64,000 nt of DNA from an uncultured Candidatus Saccharibacteria bacterium (GCA_964400155.1 CAYNSQ010000001.1:31938-95937); one strand, 5' to 3'. Numbered from the stretch's first letter, positions 26,730 through 36,611 are shown. Numbers and translations: made by a program. The notes: generated from the sequence alone by a model not told the origin.

Positions 26730-28547
26730 ATGGATATCCGCTCAGGCAAATTTATTGTCATAGAAGGTTCAGACGGCTCTGGTAAAAAAACACAGTTTGA
26801 ACTTCTGTCATCTCGATTGCAAGCAGCAGGCTATAAGGTGGATATGTATGATTTTCCGAGATATGAACAGACTTCAGCACATTTCGTTAAAAAATACCTA
26901 GCTGGAGAATATGGTGACTCAGACTCTGTTAACCCATATACAGCTTCAATGTTTTACGCTCTTGATAGATATGAAGCATCTTTTGAAATCCGTCGTTCAC
27001 TCTCAGATGGCCATATAGTACTGGCAAATCGCTTTGTTGGTTCTAACATGGCGCATCAAGGAGCTAAATTTGGCACAGAAGGCGAAAAAAGAGGTTTCTT
27101 TATGTGGGAAGACAGCTTAGAGTTCCAATTGCTTGGAATTCCCCGTCCGGACTTAAACATATATTTAAAGGTACCGGCTGAAGTTTCATATGATTTGATT
27201 ATTAAAAGATCGCAAACCTCTGGAGTACCTTTAGATGAACATGAAAAAGACTTACGTTTTCTATGTAAAAGCGTTGAGTCTTATGATTTACTGTGTAAAT
27301 TATTTCCGAAGGATTACATCTTAATTGACTGTACCAAGAATGGTCAGATTTTACCTATATCTAAAATTAGCGACGAAATTTGGCAGCATATTCAACCCGT
27401 AATTACTGAAGTACCTAAAGGAACACCAAAACCCCTATCGCACAAAATTAGTAAGCAGGTAAATGATAACAACAGAGTAAAAACTTCTCATAATCAAGCG
27501 GCAACTGAGAGCGGAGGCACAAAACATACCTTACTTGATGCGGCATTACTAGGCTGTTATGCAAATTATGATTATGAAAGAATAAAATTTGAAACATCGC
27601 CAAAACTTCAGGCAATCTTAAAACAATACAGTTCTCAGGCTCATACTCTAGAAAAAACTGTTACTAATTTTGAAAAAATATTTGATAAGAAAATAATAAA
27701 CTCACGCTTTAGCGCTAAGAAAATAAAAAAAACAAAAAGCCAGGTTTTAAGCTCACTGCTTCCTGGCTATGCACTGGGTATCACAAGTTTAACCGGTGAT
27801 TTCACACAGCCTAATGGTCTTACAGACGAAAAGCTTTTTAAGCAAATAGATAATGTTATTGGTAGTAGTTCGTCCTACCAACCAGCACCAGAAAATGATT
27901 CAAGCATCGTCAACTTAATAAACGTTTTACCCAGAAATGAACTTGATTTGTTGGTCCCTGTAGTATTTTCTTTAAACATAACTAACATTCAATCATTAAG
28001 GGACGACTTAGATGAGGCAGATTACCAAAGAAGATCAAAACTACTAAAACAAACACTACTATCAAACAAGACACTACCAAATGAAGTACTTTTAAAAAGT
28101 TCCATTTATCAAATTGAACTTAATTGTTCACTAGCCCATTTCAATCAACTTTTAAAATTTGCTAAACCTAACAATATTATCATTCAAAATTTGTCGCCAA
28201 TACTCGGCTACTCTATACCTTCAATGATAGATGATTTAGCTTTAGCAGAAGAGTACTCAGAGTGTTTTGATGCAAGTGTAGCTCTTTACAGCCATATACA
28301 AAAAGGACATGGCAACAGTCTTGCAGCCTATGCTCTTTTGGGAGGCCATAAGCAACGGATTTTGATTAACTTAGACCTTTCTAACATAGTTAGCTTGATA
28401 ACGTCTCAGCGCGTTGAAAAAAGTGTTTCTGGTTTTGTCAGAGTGGCTACTAAAGAACTCATAACTTCAATAAACGAATTTCATCCGCAAATTGGAGACT
28501 TTTTAAACTCTCAATACAAAACTCCAAAAAGGACTAAAAACAACTAG
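26730..28547 (+). CDS. tmk: Thymidylate kinase fused to a degenerate ThyX-like C-terminal region
   Basis: N-terminal FIVIEGSDGSGKKTQ, FPRY, YALDR, PRPDL; C-terminal PRNELDL, LSPILGYSIP, ECFDAS, AYALLGGHK resemble remembered tandem-type ThyX but lack RHR. Confidence 0.8.
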   Translation: MDIRSGKFIVIEGSDGSGKKTQFELLSSRLQAAGYKVDMYDFPRYEQTSAHFVKKYLAGEYGDSDSVNPYTASMFYALDRYEASFEIRRSLSDGHIVLANRFVGSNMAHQGAKFGTEGEKRGFFMWEDSLEFQLLGIPRPDLNIYLKVPAEVSYDLIIKRSQTSGVPLDEHEKDLRFLCKSVESYDLLCKLFPKDYILIDCTKNGQILPISKISDEIWQHIQPVITEVPKGTPKPLSHKISKQVNDNNRVKTSHNQAATESGGTKHTLLDAALLGCYANYDYERIKFETSPKLQAILKQYSSQAHTLEKTVTNFEKIFDKKIINSRFSAKKIKKTKSQVLSSLLPGYALGITSLTGDFTQPNGLTDEKLFKQIDNVIGSSSSYQPAPENDSSIVNLINVLPRNELDLLVPVVFSLNITNIQSLRDDLDEADYQRRSKLLKQTLLSNKTLPNEVLLKSSIYQIELNCSLAHFNQLLKFAKPNNIIIQNLSPILGYSIPSMIDDLALAEEYSECFDASVALYSHIQKGHGNSLAAYALLGGHKQRILINLDLSNIVSLITSQRVEKSVSGFVRVATKELITSINEFHPQIGDFLNSQYKTPKRTKNN

Positions 28548-28588
28548 TAATATCTCTGTTGATATGTTAATATATTGTTAATCTGATC

Positions 28589-28710
28589 ACCAAAGACAGT
28601 AGCGTTTCGCTTCGGCGGGATTAAGTAGGCTACCGAGGTAGAGCAATCAAACAGTATTGATGTAAAGTCTTTGGAACTCAGTAAATACCGGTGTTTCTGA
28701 AGACTTTTTA
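28589..28710 (+). ncRNA. L10 leader (rplJ-rplL autoregulatory RNA) with terminator-like hairpin
   Basis: CCAAAGACAGTAG...TAA...GCTACCGAGGT core; AAAGTCTT/AAGACTTT hairpin followed by a U-tract. Confidence 0.8.
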
Positions 28711-28773
28711 GTTAGCACGGTGTAAAACACATTAACAATTCGGAATATGTAGTAAACAATTTAAGGAGAGAAT

Positions 28774-29304
28774 ATGGCTTTAACAAGAGACAAAAAAGTC
28801 GAGATTCTAAACCAACTTAGTGAATTACTTGCCAGCTCTAAATTAACTGTTTTGGCTCAATATAGTGGCACTTCAGTAAAAGCAATGCAAGAACTGCGAA
28901 CAACAGCTAAAGATAGCAACACTAAAGTAATGGTTATGAAAAACCGATTATTCAAAAAAGCACTAAGTTCCAACAATGTATTTAAAGATGTTGAAACTGG
29001 CGAAATAAAAGGACAGCTACTCTACGCGTTTAACGCTAATGATGAAGTAGCGCCAGCTCAGGTCTTAGCAGCATTCGCAAAAACTCAAGAACAGATTAAG
29101 TTTGTTGGTGCAATAAATTCACAAGGTGATTTCTTAAGCGCTGAAGATGTCAAAGCGCTTGCATCATTGCCAAGCAAAGACATTCTCAGGGCCCAGTTAG
29201 TAGGCACTTTAGCCGCACCACTCAGTGGTTTTGTCAATGTAACAGCTGGTAACTTAAGAGGTCTGATAAATGTTTTGAATGCTCATGCAGAAGCAACTAA
29301 TTAA
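28774..29304 (+). CDS. rplJ: 50S ribosomal protein L10
   Basis: [23 protein letters not shown]; follows the L10 leader. Confidence 0.97.
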   Translation: MALTRDKKVEILNQLSELLASSKLTVLAQYSGTSVKAMQELRTTAKDSNTKVMVMKNRLFKKALSSNNVFKDVETGEIKGQLLYAFNANDEVAPAQVLAAFAKTQEQIKFVGAINSQGDFLSAEDVKALASLPSKDILRAQLVGTLAAPLSGFVNVTAGNLRGLINVLNAHAEATN

Positions 29305-29324
29305 TTAAATCAAGGAGAATATTA

Positions 29325-29747
29325 ATGTCAGAAGAAGTAAAGAAAGAATTTAATAAAATTGAAGTTCCTAAAGAATTCAAAGAGTTAGTAGAAAAATTAG
29401 ATAAACTCAGCGCATTGGAAATTTCAAAGTTTGTTCAATTCCTAGAAGAATACTGGGGAGTTAGTGCGGCTGCTCCTGCTGTCGCAGTTGCAGCAGCTCC
29501 AGCCGGCGGTGATACTGGACCGGTTGCCGATGAAAAAAGCGAGTTTGACGTTGTACTTAAAGATCCAGGCGCTCAAAAAGTCGCCGTTATTAAGGCAGTA
29601 AAAGACATTACTGGTCTTGGACTTGGTGAAGCAAAAGCAATTGTTGATGCTGCACCAAAACCAGTCTTAGAAAAGGCTAATAAAGAAGATGCTGAAGCCG
29701 CCAAAAAGGCACTTGAAGATGCCGGTGCAACAGTAGAGTTAAACTAA
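29325..29747 (+). CDS. rplL: 50S ribosomal protein L7/L12
   Basis: GVSAAAP hinge; [20 protein letters not shown]; AGATVEL. Confidence 0.98.
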   Translation: MSEEVKKEFNKIEVPKEFKELVEKLDKLSALEISKFVQFLEEYWGVSAAAPAVAVAAAPAGGDTGPVADEKSEFDVVLKDPGAQKVAVIKAVKDITGLGLGEAKAIVDAAPKPVLEKANKEDAEAAKKALEDAGATVELN

Positions 29748-29765
29748 AAACCTATACTTGATTAG

Positions 29766-29805
29766 AAAAACACGGAGTAGACTGTATCTTGCTCCGTGTT
29801 TTTTT
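29766..29805 (+). terminator. Intrinsic terminator after rplL
   Basis: AAAAACACGGAG...CTCCGTGTTTTTTT. Confidence 0.9.
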
Positions 29806-29857
29806 ATCCACAGAATTGCCTATCTCTTTTGACTTAAGTGGATGTCTATGGTACTTT
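29804..29857 (+). promoter_or_regulatory. DnaA box TTATCCACA followed by promoter TTGACT-N17-TACTTT
   Basis: Perfect 9-mer at 29804-29812; -35 at 29829-29834; extended -10 at 29852-29857. Confidence 0.45.
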
Positions 29858-29931
29858 CAAGGCAGTTAGTTCATTTATCAAAAGAGGTAAATCAGAAAAA
29901 TAAAGATGAGTGAGCTTTGGGAACAAAATAA

Positions 29932-30444
29932 ATGACCGACATTCCAGAAAAACAGATAAAAAGACTTAGGGCGCTTATCACTGAAGCTGAGACAAGTTTA
30001 GGGGCAGCTAAAGAATTGATAGTATCTCTTGTTGGCGATGACCCAGTACTGACCGAAAAAGTCATAGACAAGGCCCTTGGGAAAGTCATAGAGGGGGTGT
30101 TTGATGGCCAAGCAATGGTCGGAAGCGATGGCAAAAACTATCCTGTTCCCGCAAATTACGCAAGCAAGTCCAAGTTGGTTCAGGGAGATATCCTTAAATT
30201 GACGATAGCCAGCGACGGAGCATTTATGTATAAACAGATAGGACCGATACCTCGAAAGCAGTTAGTAGGAATGTTGAACCAAAAAGACGGACACTACTTT
30301 GTGGACGTAGGTGATAAACAGTACAGAGTACTGCTTGCAAGTGTTACCTACTTTAAGGCAAAGTCAGGTGATCAAGTTAGTATAAACGTACCTGAAGACG
30401 ATAGCGTCAATGCTGAGTGGGCTGCTTTGGAAGCAGCACTTTAA
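29932..30444 (+). CDS. Conserved CPR-type hypothetical protein
   Basis: Motif GKVIEGVFDGQAM...YPVPANYASKSKLVQGDILKLTI...YKQIGP, recalled as widespread in CPR; N-terminal coiled coil. Confidence 0.8.
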   Translation: MTDIPEKQIKRLRALITEAETSLGAAKELIVSLVGDDPVLTEKVIDKALGKVIEGVFDGQAMVGSDGKNYPVPANYASKSKLVQGDILKLTIASDGAFMYKQIGPIPRKQLVGMLNQKDGHYFVDVGDKQYRVLLASVTYFKAKSGDQVSINVPEDDSVNAEWAALEAAL

Positions 30445-30566
30445 TTGGCACTATTCCCAATTCTTACCTCTGTGATAACAATATCAGTACTAAATGACAT
30501 AGCTGCATCAATATGGTGTTTTTTTGACAGATGACTGCTGGGTCGTTTGACTGATAGACTAAGTAC

Positions 30567-32042
30567 ATGGGGAAGGCATTATATAGAAAACATCGATCAA
30601 CTTCTTTTTCTGAAGTTATTGGACAAGAACACATCACAGATACTCTTTCTAATGCTATAGCTAGCGACAAAATTAGCCATGCATACCTATTTTCCGGCCC
30701 CAGAGGAGTAGGGAAAACAAGTACAGCACGGATTCTAGCACATGAAATTAACCAGCTTGATTACTCAGATTCAAACCAACATTTGGACATTATTGAAATA
30801 GACGCAGCCAGTAACAGACGAATAGATGAAATTCGAGATCTTCGTGACAAAGTAAATATCCCTCCTACATCGTCAAAATATAAGGTCTACATAATTGATG
30901 AAGTCCATATGCTCACTAAAGAAGCTTTTAATGCTCTACTTAAGACGCTGGAAGAACCGCCAGAGCATTGTGTTTTCATCTTAGCAACAACAGAACCACA
31001 TAAGGTACCTGAAACTATAATAAGTCGTACTCAGCGTTTTGATTTTAAAAAAATTGATAACATCCAAATTGCTGAACATTTGAGAGAAATTTCGGTTAAA
31101 GAAAAAATTAATATAACTGATGAGGCACTTTTACTGATTGCTCGTCATGGTAGAGGTAGCTTCCGAGACAGCATAGGAATGTTAGACCAACTGTCCTCGC
31201 AAAGTAATAAAATTGAAGAAAACGACGTCCGCACTGTGCTTGGTATGCCTAGTACGGACAAAACTGCTGCTATTCTTAGTGCAGTCTCGAACAACGACGT
31301 TGCAAGCTTAGGTGCAATATTGCAAGATTTAGAAGACAATCAAACCAACATTAGTGGTATTTGTTATGCTTTGGCGGATAGCGTGAGAGAAGAAATTATC
31401 AATGGCGAAGTTTCAACAAAAAAACTTAATTTGCTTAAAGATTTAATTAATGTCGAAAGTTCTGCGATGCCATGGCAAAAACTCTTAATAGTTTTAACAG
31501 AGTCAATGGACTATGAGAATAGAGATAAAGATATTGTGGTTGCTGATAAAATCCCGCTATTAAATCAGGATCAAGCACTTACAAACCATAAAGAAAAAGA
31601 GTTAAGCAAAATTAAACATACTACTAGACCATCATCCAGAGAAGAAACAACCATTTCTACTGAAAATACAAAAGGCACTACAAATGACTACAACGACATT
31701 ATAGATTGGTGGCCAGAAGTAGTTGGAAAAGTTAAAGACCAGGCCGCGTCTATCTACACCGCCTTGCGACTCGGTACGCCAATTCTACGTGATAAACACT
31801 TGGAATTAGTTTTTCAGTTTCCATTGCACCAAAAAAAAATTGATACTGCAAAAAATAAAGATATTCTATCGAGCATTATTACCGATGTGACCGGCAAAGT
31901 TTATCTTATCTCAACTAGTGTAGATCAAAGTCTGAAACATTCTGCAGACAAACCATCTACAAACCAAAAGTCAACTACCGACGATCCTACTTTGTCTTCC
32001 ATTAGCAATATATTTGGTAGTGCGGAAGTGCTAGAATCCTAA
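30567..32042 (+). CDS. dnaX: DNA polymerase III gamma/tau subunit
   Basis: ALYRKHRS, GPRGVGKT, EIDAASN, IIDEVHML, NALLKTLEEPP. Confidence 0.98.
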   Translation: MGKALYRKHRSTSFSEVIGQEHITDTLSNAIASDKISHAYLFSGPRGVGKTSTARILAHEINQLDYSDSNQHLDIIEIDAASNRRIDEIRDLRDKVNIPPTSSKYKVYIIDEVHMLTKEAFNALLKTLEEPPEHCVFILATTEPHKVPETIISRTQRFDFKKIDNIQIAEHLREISVKEKINITDEALLLIARHGRGSFRDSIGMLDQLSSQSNKIEENDVRTVLGMPSTDKTAAILSAVSNNDVASLGAILQDLEDNQTNISGICYALADSVREEIINGEVSTKKLNLLKDLINVESSAMPWQKLLIVLTESMDYENRDKDIVVADKIPLLNQDQALTNHKEKELSKIKHTTRPSSREETTISTENTKGTTNDYNDIIDWWPEVVGKVKDQAASIYTALRLGTPILRDKHLELVFQFPLHQKKIDTAKNKDILSSIITDVTGKVYLISTSVDQSLKHSADKPSTNQKSTTDDPTLSSISNIFGSAEVLES

Positions 32043-32051
32043 GACAAACAC

Positions 32052-33410
32052 ATGGCAAACAATGACAACCAGACAACCCATCCACATAACCTAGATGCTG
32101 AAGCGAGCATGCTTGGAGCTGTACTAATTGATCCTGAAAGCATGATTAAGGTTAGAGATGTAATTGATGAAAACGATTTTTATGATCCTAAGAATAAAGC
32201 TATATATAAATCAATGCGTACTCTTCATGATAGAAGAAGTCCAATTGATATTTTAACTCTTTCAGAACAATTAAAATCAGCAAAGCAATTAGATAGTGTC
32301 GGGGGTGCATCATATTTAACAGAACTAACCTCATTTGTCCCTACGGCAGCACATATAGAACAATACGCCCAGATTGTAGCTGAAAAATCTGTGCGTCGCA
32401 GACTGATTAAAGCCAGTTCGGATATAGCAGATGTTGGTAAAGATGACAGCAAAAGCCTTCAAGAATTAATAGAAGAGGCTGAGAGTAAACTTTTTGAGGT
32501 AAGTAAACAACATATAAAACAGGATATAACTTCTCTCGAATCGATTTTAGGTGACAGTTTTGACAGATTGGATGATTTGCATCGGAATAAAGGTGGTGTA
32601 CGTGGAATACCAACAGGTTTTTCACAACTTGATCGCACGTTAGCAGGTCTGCAAAGATCTGATTTGTTTGTACTGGCAGCTCGTCCTAGTATGGGAAAGA
32701 CAGCTCTGATGCTCAATATTGCTCTAAACGTCGCTACAAAAGCAAAGCAGGGTGCAGTATTGATTTTTAGTCTTGAAATGAGTAAAGAACAACTAGTGGA
32801 TCGTTTACTGGCCGCAGATGCCGGTGTAGAAGCCTGGCGACTCCGTACCGGAGAAGGTCTAACGGATGATGATTTCGAAAGAATAAGTGCAGCAATGGGT
32901 GAATTAGCCGAAGCACCAATATTCATAGACGACACTTCGGGTATAACTGTAAGTGATTTACGGACCAAAGCGCGTCGACTAGACCACGAACATCCATTAG
33001 CGGCTATAATGGTTGACTACTTACAATTAATGAGTGGTGGTTCAAGATTTGCAACGGTATCAAACCGGGTCCAAGAAATATCTGAAATTAGCAGGTCCTT
33101 AAAAATTTTAGCTAGAGAACTTAACGTACCAGTTATTGCATTGTCCCAACTAAGTCGTTCAGTAGAAAACCGAAGTCCGCAAATCCCTCAACTAGCTGAT
33201 CTTAGGGAGTCAGGATCTATCGAACAGGATGCTGACGTAGTTGCGTTTATATATAGAGAAGATTACTACAATCCCGAGAGCTCACGTCAAAATATTACAG
33301 ACATAATGATTAAAAAGCATCGTAATGGACCCATTAGAAACATAGAACTTTATTTTGACCGAGACAAACAACGTTTTCGTGACCTAGACACTAGACACAC
33401 CGAAGGGTAA
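32052..33410 (+). CDS. dnaB: Replicative DNA helicase DnaB
   Basis: AARPSMGKT, FSLEMS, DYLQL, LSQLSR, LRESGSIEQDAD, KHRNGP. Confidence 0.99.
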   Translation: MANNDNQTTHPHNLDAEASMLGAVLIDPESMIKVRDVIDENDFYDPKNKAIYKSMRTLHDRRSPIDILTLSEQLKSAKQLDSVGGASYLTELTSFVPTAAHIEQYAQIVAEKSVRRRLIKASSDIADVGKDDSKSLQELIEEAESKLFEVSKQHIKQDITSLESILGDSFDRLDDLHRNKGGVRGIPTGFSQLDRTLAGLQRSDLFVLAARPSMGKTALMLNIALNVATKAKQGAVLIFSLEMSKEQLVDRLLAADAGVEAWRLRTGEGLTDDDFERISAAMGELAEAPIFIDDTSGITVSDLRTKARRLDHEHPLAAIMVDYLQLMSGGSRFATVSNRVQEISEISRSLKILARELNVPVIALSQLSRSVENRSPQIPQLADLRESGSIEQDADVVAFIYREDYYNPESSRQNITDIMIKKHRNGPIRNIELYFDRDKQRFRDLDTRHTEG

Positions 33411-33422
33411 ACTAAAAACGTA

Positions 33423-34625
33423 ATGTTAAAATTTCGGGAGTTATACAGTTTTGCTTTTTGGCGTGACTTTATTAAGATCTATCATCTAAAAGGTGCTTTT
33501 TTAGTCGTTGTTGTTTTTATAAGTATTTTTTGGCAAATTGGTACATACTCAGCAGGTTTAAGTAAATCAGAACTTACTCAGTACCAAGCAAGTCAAAGTT
33601 TAAATACAATTTATGAAAATCCAGTTAACGCACCTTATAAATTAGTTGAATATGGATTTATAAAACTAGGTTTAGAAAAAAACCTTGCTTCTAGACTTCC
33701 GTCAGCATTTGTTGCAGTGACATTTGTACTTGCACTTTACATTACAGTTAGAAAACTACTGGGTAGATTTTATGCTGGAATGTGTCTGTTTTTGTTAATT
33801 GGTACGCCACTATTTTTAATTCTAAGTCGTAGCGGTAGTGGAAATAATGCAATATTAATGATTATGACATGTGGAGCTGCGCTATATTTACTAACTAGAC
33901 GATTTTCTAACCCCTCATACCTTCTACTTCTCCTTGTAACCCTAACTCTAGTAACGTCATTTTATGTAGCTGGCGTCTTGTGGTATTTATTACTGTTTGC
34001 ATTTATATATCGCAACAAAATTTCTAAACATCTTACACAAATACAAAGAAACAGGCTAATTTTGTTTAGCATTGTTTTACTTACTCTATTAGCACCCCTA
34101 ATTTTAGCTCTGGCATCTAGTGTTACTGTTTTTAAAGAATGGTTGATGTTGCCTGCCTACATGCCAGCAATAAGTGAATTCGCGATGCGTATTATATGGT
34201 ATCTTCCATCAATAGTTATTGTTACAAGGGATTACAGTGAATTTAATGTAGGTACCGAGCCACTAATCAATATTGCCTTGCTTGCCATTGTCACTATTGG
34301 GTTGGCCGCCTCCTTTATGCAAGGTAAGGAATTACTTTCAAAGCTAAAATTATTCATTATTATAAGCTTTTTACTCTATCTATTAACCGGTAGGTTTGAG
34401 ACCTTAATTGTCATAGTCCCTGTAGTAGTTGTTCTTGCTACTACTGGTCTAAAATATCTTTACAAAGAATGGAAAAACGTTTTCCCAAACAATCCAATTC
34501 CCAAAGAATTAGCCTTTTTTATGATAAGTTTTGTTTGTATTTTGCAAGCTTTCTATGGGTTCCATGTAGCGCACCGTGTATGGCCAGCAACTACAGAGAC
34601 TAAAAAACTTTACGTGATAAAATAG
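33423..34625 (+). CDS. Polytopic membrane protein, GT-C/ArnT-PMT-like
   Basis: ~11 TM helices; periplasmic loop with NAPYKL and SRLPSA typical of GT-C N-termini. Confidence 0.55.
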   Translation: MLKFRELYSFAFWRDFIKIYHLKGAFLVVVVFISIFWQIGTYSAGLSKSELTQYQASQSLNTIYENPVNAPYKLVEYGFIKLGLEKNLASRLPSAFVAVTFVLALYITVRKLLGRFYAGMCLFLLIGTPLFLILSRSGSGNNAILMIMTCGAALYLLTRRFSNPSYLLLLLVTLTLVTSFYVAGVLWYLLLFAFIYRNKISKHLTQIQRNRLILFSIVLLTLLAPLILALASSVTVFKEWLMLPAYMPAISEFAMRIIWYLPSIVIVTRDYSEFNVGTEPLINIALLAIVTIGLAASFMQGKELLSKLKLFIIISFLLYLLTGRFETLIVIVPVVVVLATTGLKYLYKEWKNVFPNNPIPKELAFFMISFVCILQAFYGFHVAHRVWPATTETKKLYVIK

Positions 34626-34651
34626 ACCAAACTAAGATATGGAGATTTAAT

Positions 34652-34945
34652 ATGAGTAAAATGGATCAAGCAAAACTTTTAATGAAAGCACGTAAACTTC
34701 AAAAAGAGCTACAAAATGAAATAATTGAAGTGGAAGCTGGTGAAGGGGCTGTAAGAGTAGAGATTACTGGAGAACAAAAAATTAAAAAAATCCACATTGA
34801 TCCGGAAATGATTGATTTAGACGACATAGGCCAGTTAGAAAACTGGCTTCAGGAGGCCGTCAGAGAAGCAATCAGTGAGAGTCAAAAACTAGCGGCTGAA
34901 AAAATGCAACCAATGATGAGTCAATTGGGGAATTTAGGGCTTTAG
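34652..34945 (+). CDS. ebfC: YbaB/EbfC nucleoid-associated protein
   Basis: ARKLQKEL...EAGEGAVRVEITG...IDP; directly upstream of recR. Confidence 0.92.
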   Translation: MSKMDQAKLLMKARKLQKELQNEIIEVEAGEGAVRVEITGEQKIKKIHIDPEMIDLDDIGQLENWLQEAVREAISESQKLAAEKMQPMMSQLGNLGL

Positions 34946-34954
34946 AAATATAGT

Positions 34955-35566
34955 ATGGGTTCGTCGTACATACCAAGTGCTCTAGCAGAGTTGATTGAAG
35001 CATTGTCGCAACTTCCTGGAGTTGGTAGCAGAAGCGCTGAACGCTATGCGTATTATTTGTTTAAATCACCTCCACAAAAGTCGCAAAAAATTGAGAATGC
35101 ATTAAAAGAGATTCATAAACGCCTTAAATTTTGTCCAGTTACATTTGCTCTTATTGACAGTGAAGAAGAGGTCAGCTCGCTTTATTCTGACGATTCCAGA
35201 GATAAGTCAGTTGTAGCTGTTGTGGCTGACCCATTTGATATTGTTGCCTTAGAAGCTACTGGTGCCTACCGAGGGACTTACCATTCCCTCGGTGGGTTAA
35301 TTTCCCCAATAGATAATATTGGCCCTGAACATCTACATATTAAAGAGTTAGTCGAACGTACAAAAAAAGACAATGTTAAAGAATTAATTTTTGCGGCTAA
35401 CACTTCCGTAGAGAGCGAAACTACATTGCTTTACATTACTCAATCACTAGGCAGCAAAGCTCCAAAAATAACACGTCTTGCACGAGGTTTGCCTGTAGGC
35501 GCAGAACTTGAATACACTGATCAAATAACGCTAACAAGTGCCCTTGAGGGTAGACAGACCATTTAA
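34955..35566 (+). CDS. recR: Recombination mediator RecR
   Basis: LPGVGSRSAER, YHSLGGLISP, TRLARGLPVGAELEY. Confidence 0.97.
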   Translation: MGSSYIPSALAELIEALSQLPGVGSRSAERYAYYLFKSPPQKSQKIENALKEIHKRLKFCPVTFALIDSEEEVSSLYSDDSRDKSVVAVVADPFDIVALEATGAYRGTYHSLGGLISPIDNIGPEHLHIKELVERTKKDNVKELIFAANTSVESETTLLYITQSLGSKAPKITRLARGLPVGAELEYTDQITLTSALEGRQTI

Positions 35567-35597
35567 CATACTCCTTAAACTGGTACAATAATACCTA

Positions 35598-36608
35598 ATG
35601 AAACCCATACAGTACCCGGAGGCTACTAAAATAGCTGAACTAATAGGTGCAGCAAGTAAAATTGTGGTTATACAGGCAGATAACCCGGATGCCGATAGCC
35701 TTGCATCAGCTTTAGCACTAGAAGAAATGCTGGGTAACCAAGGCAAGGATGTTGAACTTTTTTGTGGAGTAGACTTGCCTTCTTACTTATCATTTTTACC
35801 AGGTTGGGATAGAGTCAGCACACAGATGCCTAGTAATTTTGATCTATCGATTATAGTTGATACTTCTAGTATAACATTGTTGGAACAGCTTGAAAGACGA
35901 GGTGTTAAGTCGTGGGTTGTTGCGAAACCATGCGTAGTAATTGACCATCACAGTTCTGATTCAACCATTGATTTCGCGACAGTGGAACTTAACGCTAAAG
36001 CAGTTGCAACAGGAGAAGTGATATATGAACTTAGTAAACAATTGAAGTGGGAATTAAACAAACAAGCTTGTTCGCTAATTACAAGCGCAATTCTTTCAGA
36101 TAGTCTAGGTTTAATGACTGGAGACACAACCTCTAGAACAATTCACATTATAGCCGAAGCGGTCGCCAGCGGTGTTAATTTGCCTGATCTTGAAGCTGCT
36201 CGTCGTGAAACTATGCGTCGCGAACCCGAATTAATACATTACAAGGGACAACTTTTACAGAGAGTTGAGTTTTACTCTGATAATAAAATAGCAATTCTAA
36301 CGATTCCATGGGAAGAAATTGAAAAGTACAGTCCACTTTACAACCCACCAATGCTAGTAATGGATGATATGCGACTTACTAAAGGGACAGACATTGCAAT
36401 ATGTTTCAAAGTCTACAGCGACGGTAAAATAACCGCTAAGATTCGATGCAACCATGGTCATGGAATTGCCAATCAATTAGCTGAGCAGTTTGGTGGAGGC
36501 GGACATAGCTATGCGGCAGGATTTAAAGTGCAGGATGGGAGTAGTTTTGAGGATGTAAAAAAACAGACTATTGATTTAGCAACAAAGCTGCTCAAAGAAA
36601 ATAATTGA
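35598..36608 (+). CDS. DHH/DHHA1 phosphoesterase (second paralog)
   Basis: NPDADS, IDHH, ILSDS, GGGGHSYAAG. Confidence 0.9.
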   Translation: MKPIQYPEATKIAELIGAASKIVVIQADNPDADSLASALALEEMLGNQGKDVELFCGVDLPSYLSFLPGWDRVSTQMPSNFDLSIIVDTSSITLLEQLERRGVKSWVVAKPCVVIDHHSSDSTIDFATVELNAKAVATGEVIYELSKQLKWELNKQACSLITSAILSDSLGLMTGDTTSRTIHIIAEAVASGVNLPDLEAARRETMRREPELIHYKGQLLQRVEFYSDNKIAILTIPWEEIEKYSPLYNPPMLVMDDMRLTKGTDIAICFKVYSDGKITAKIRCNHGHGIANQLAEQFGGGGHSYAAGFKVQDGSSFEDVKKQTIDLATKLLKENN

Positions 36609-36611
36609 ATC

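Noticed and set aside
30445-30566. SRP RNA (ffs), which often precedes dnaX
   Set aside because: No conserved domain IV with GGAA tetraloop visible
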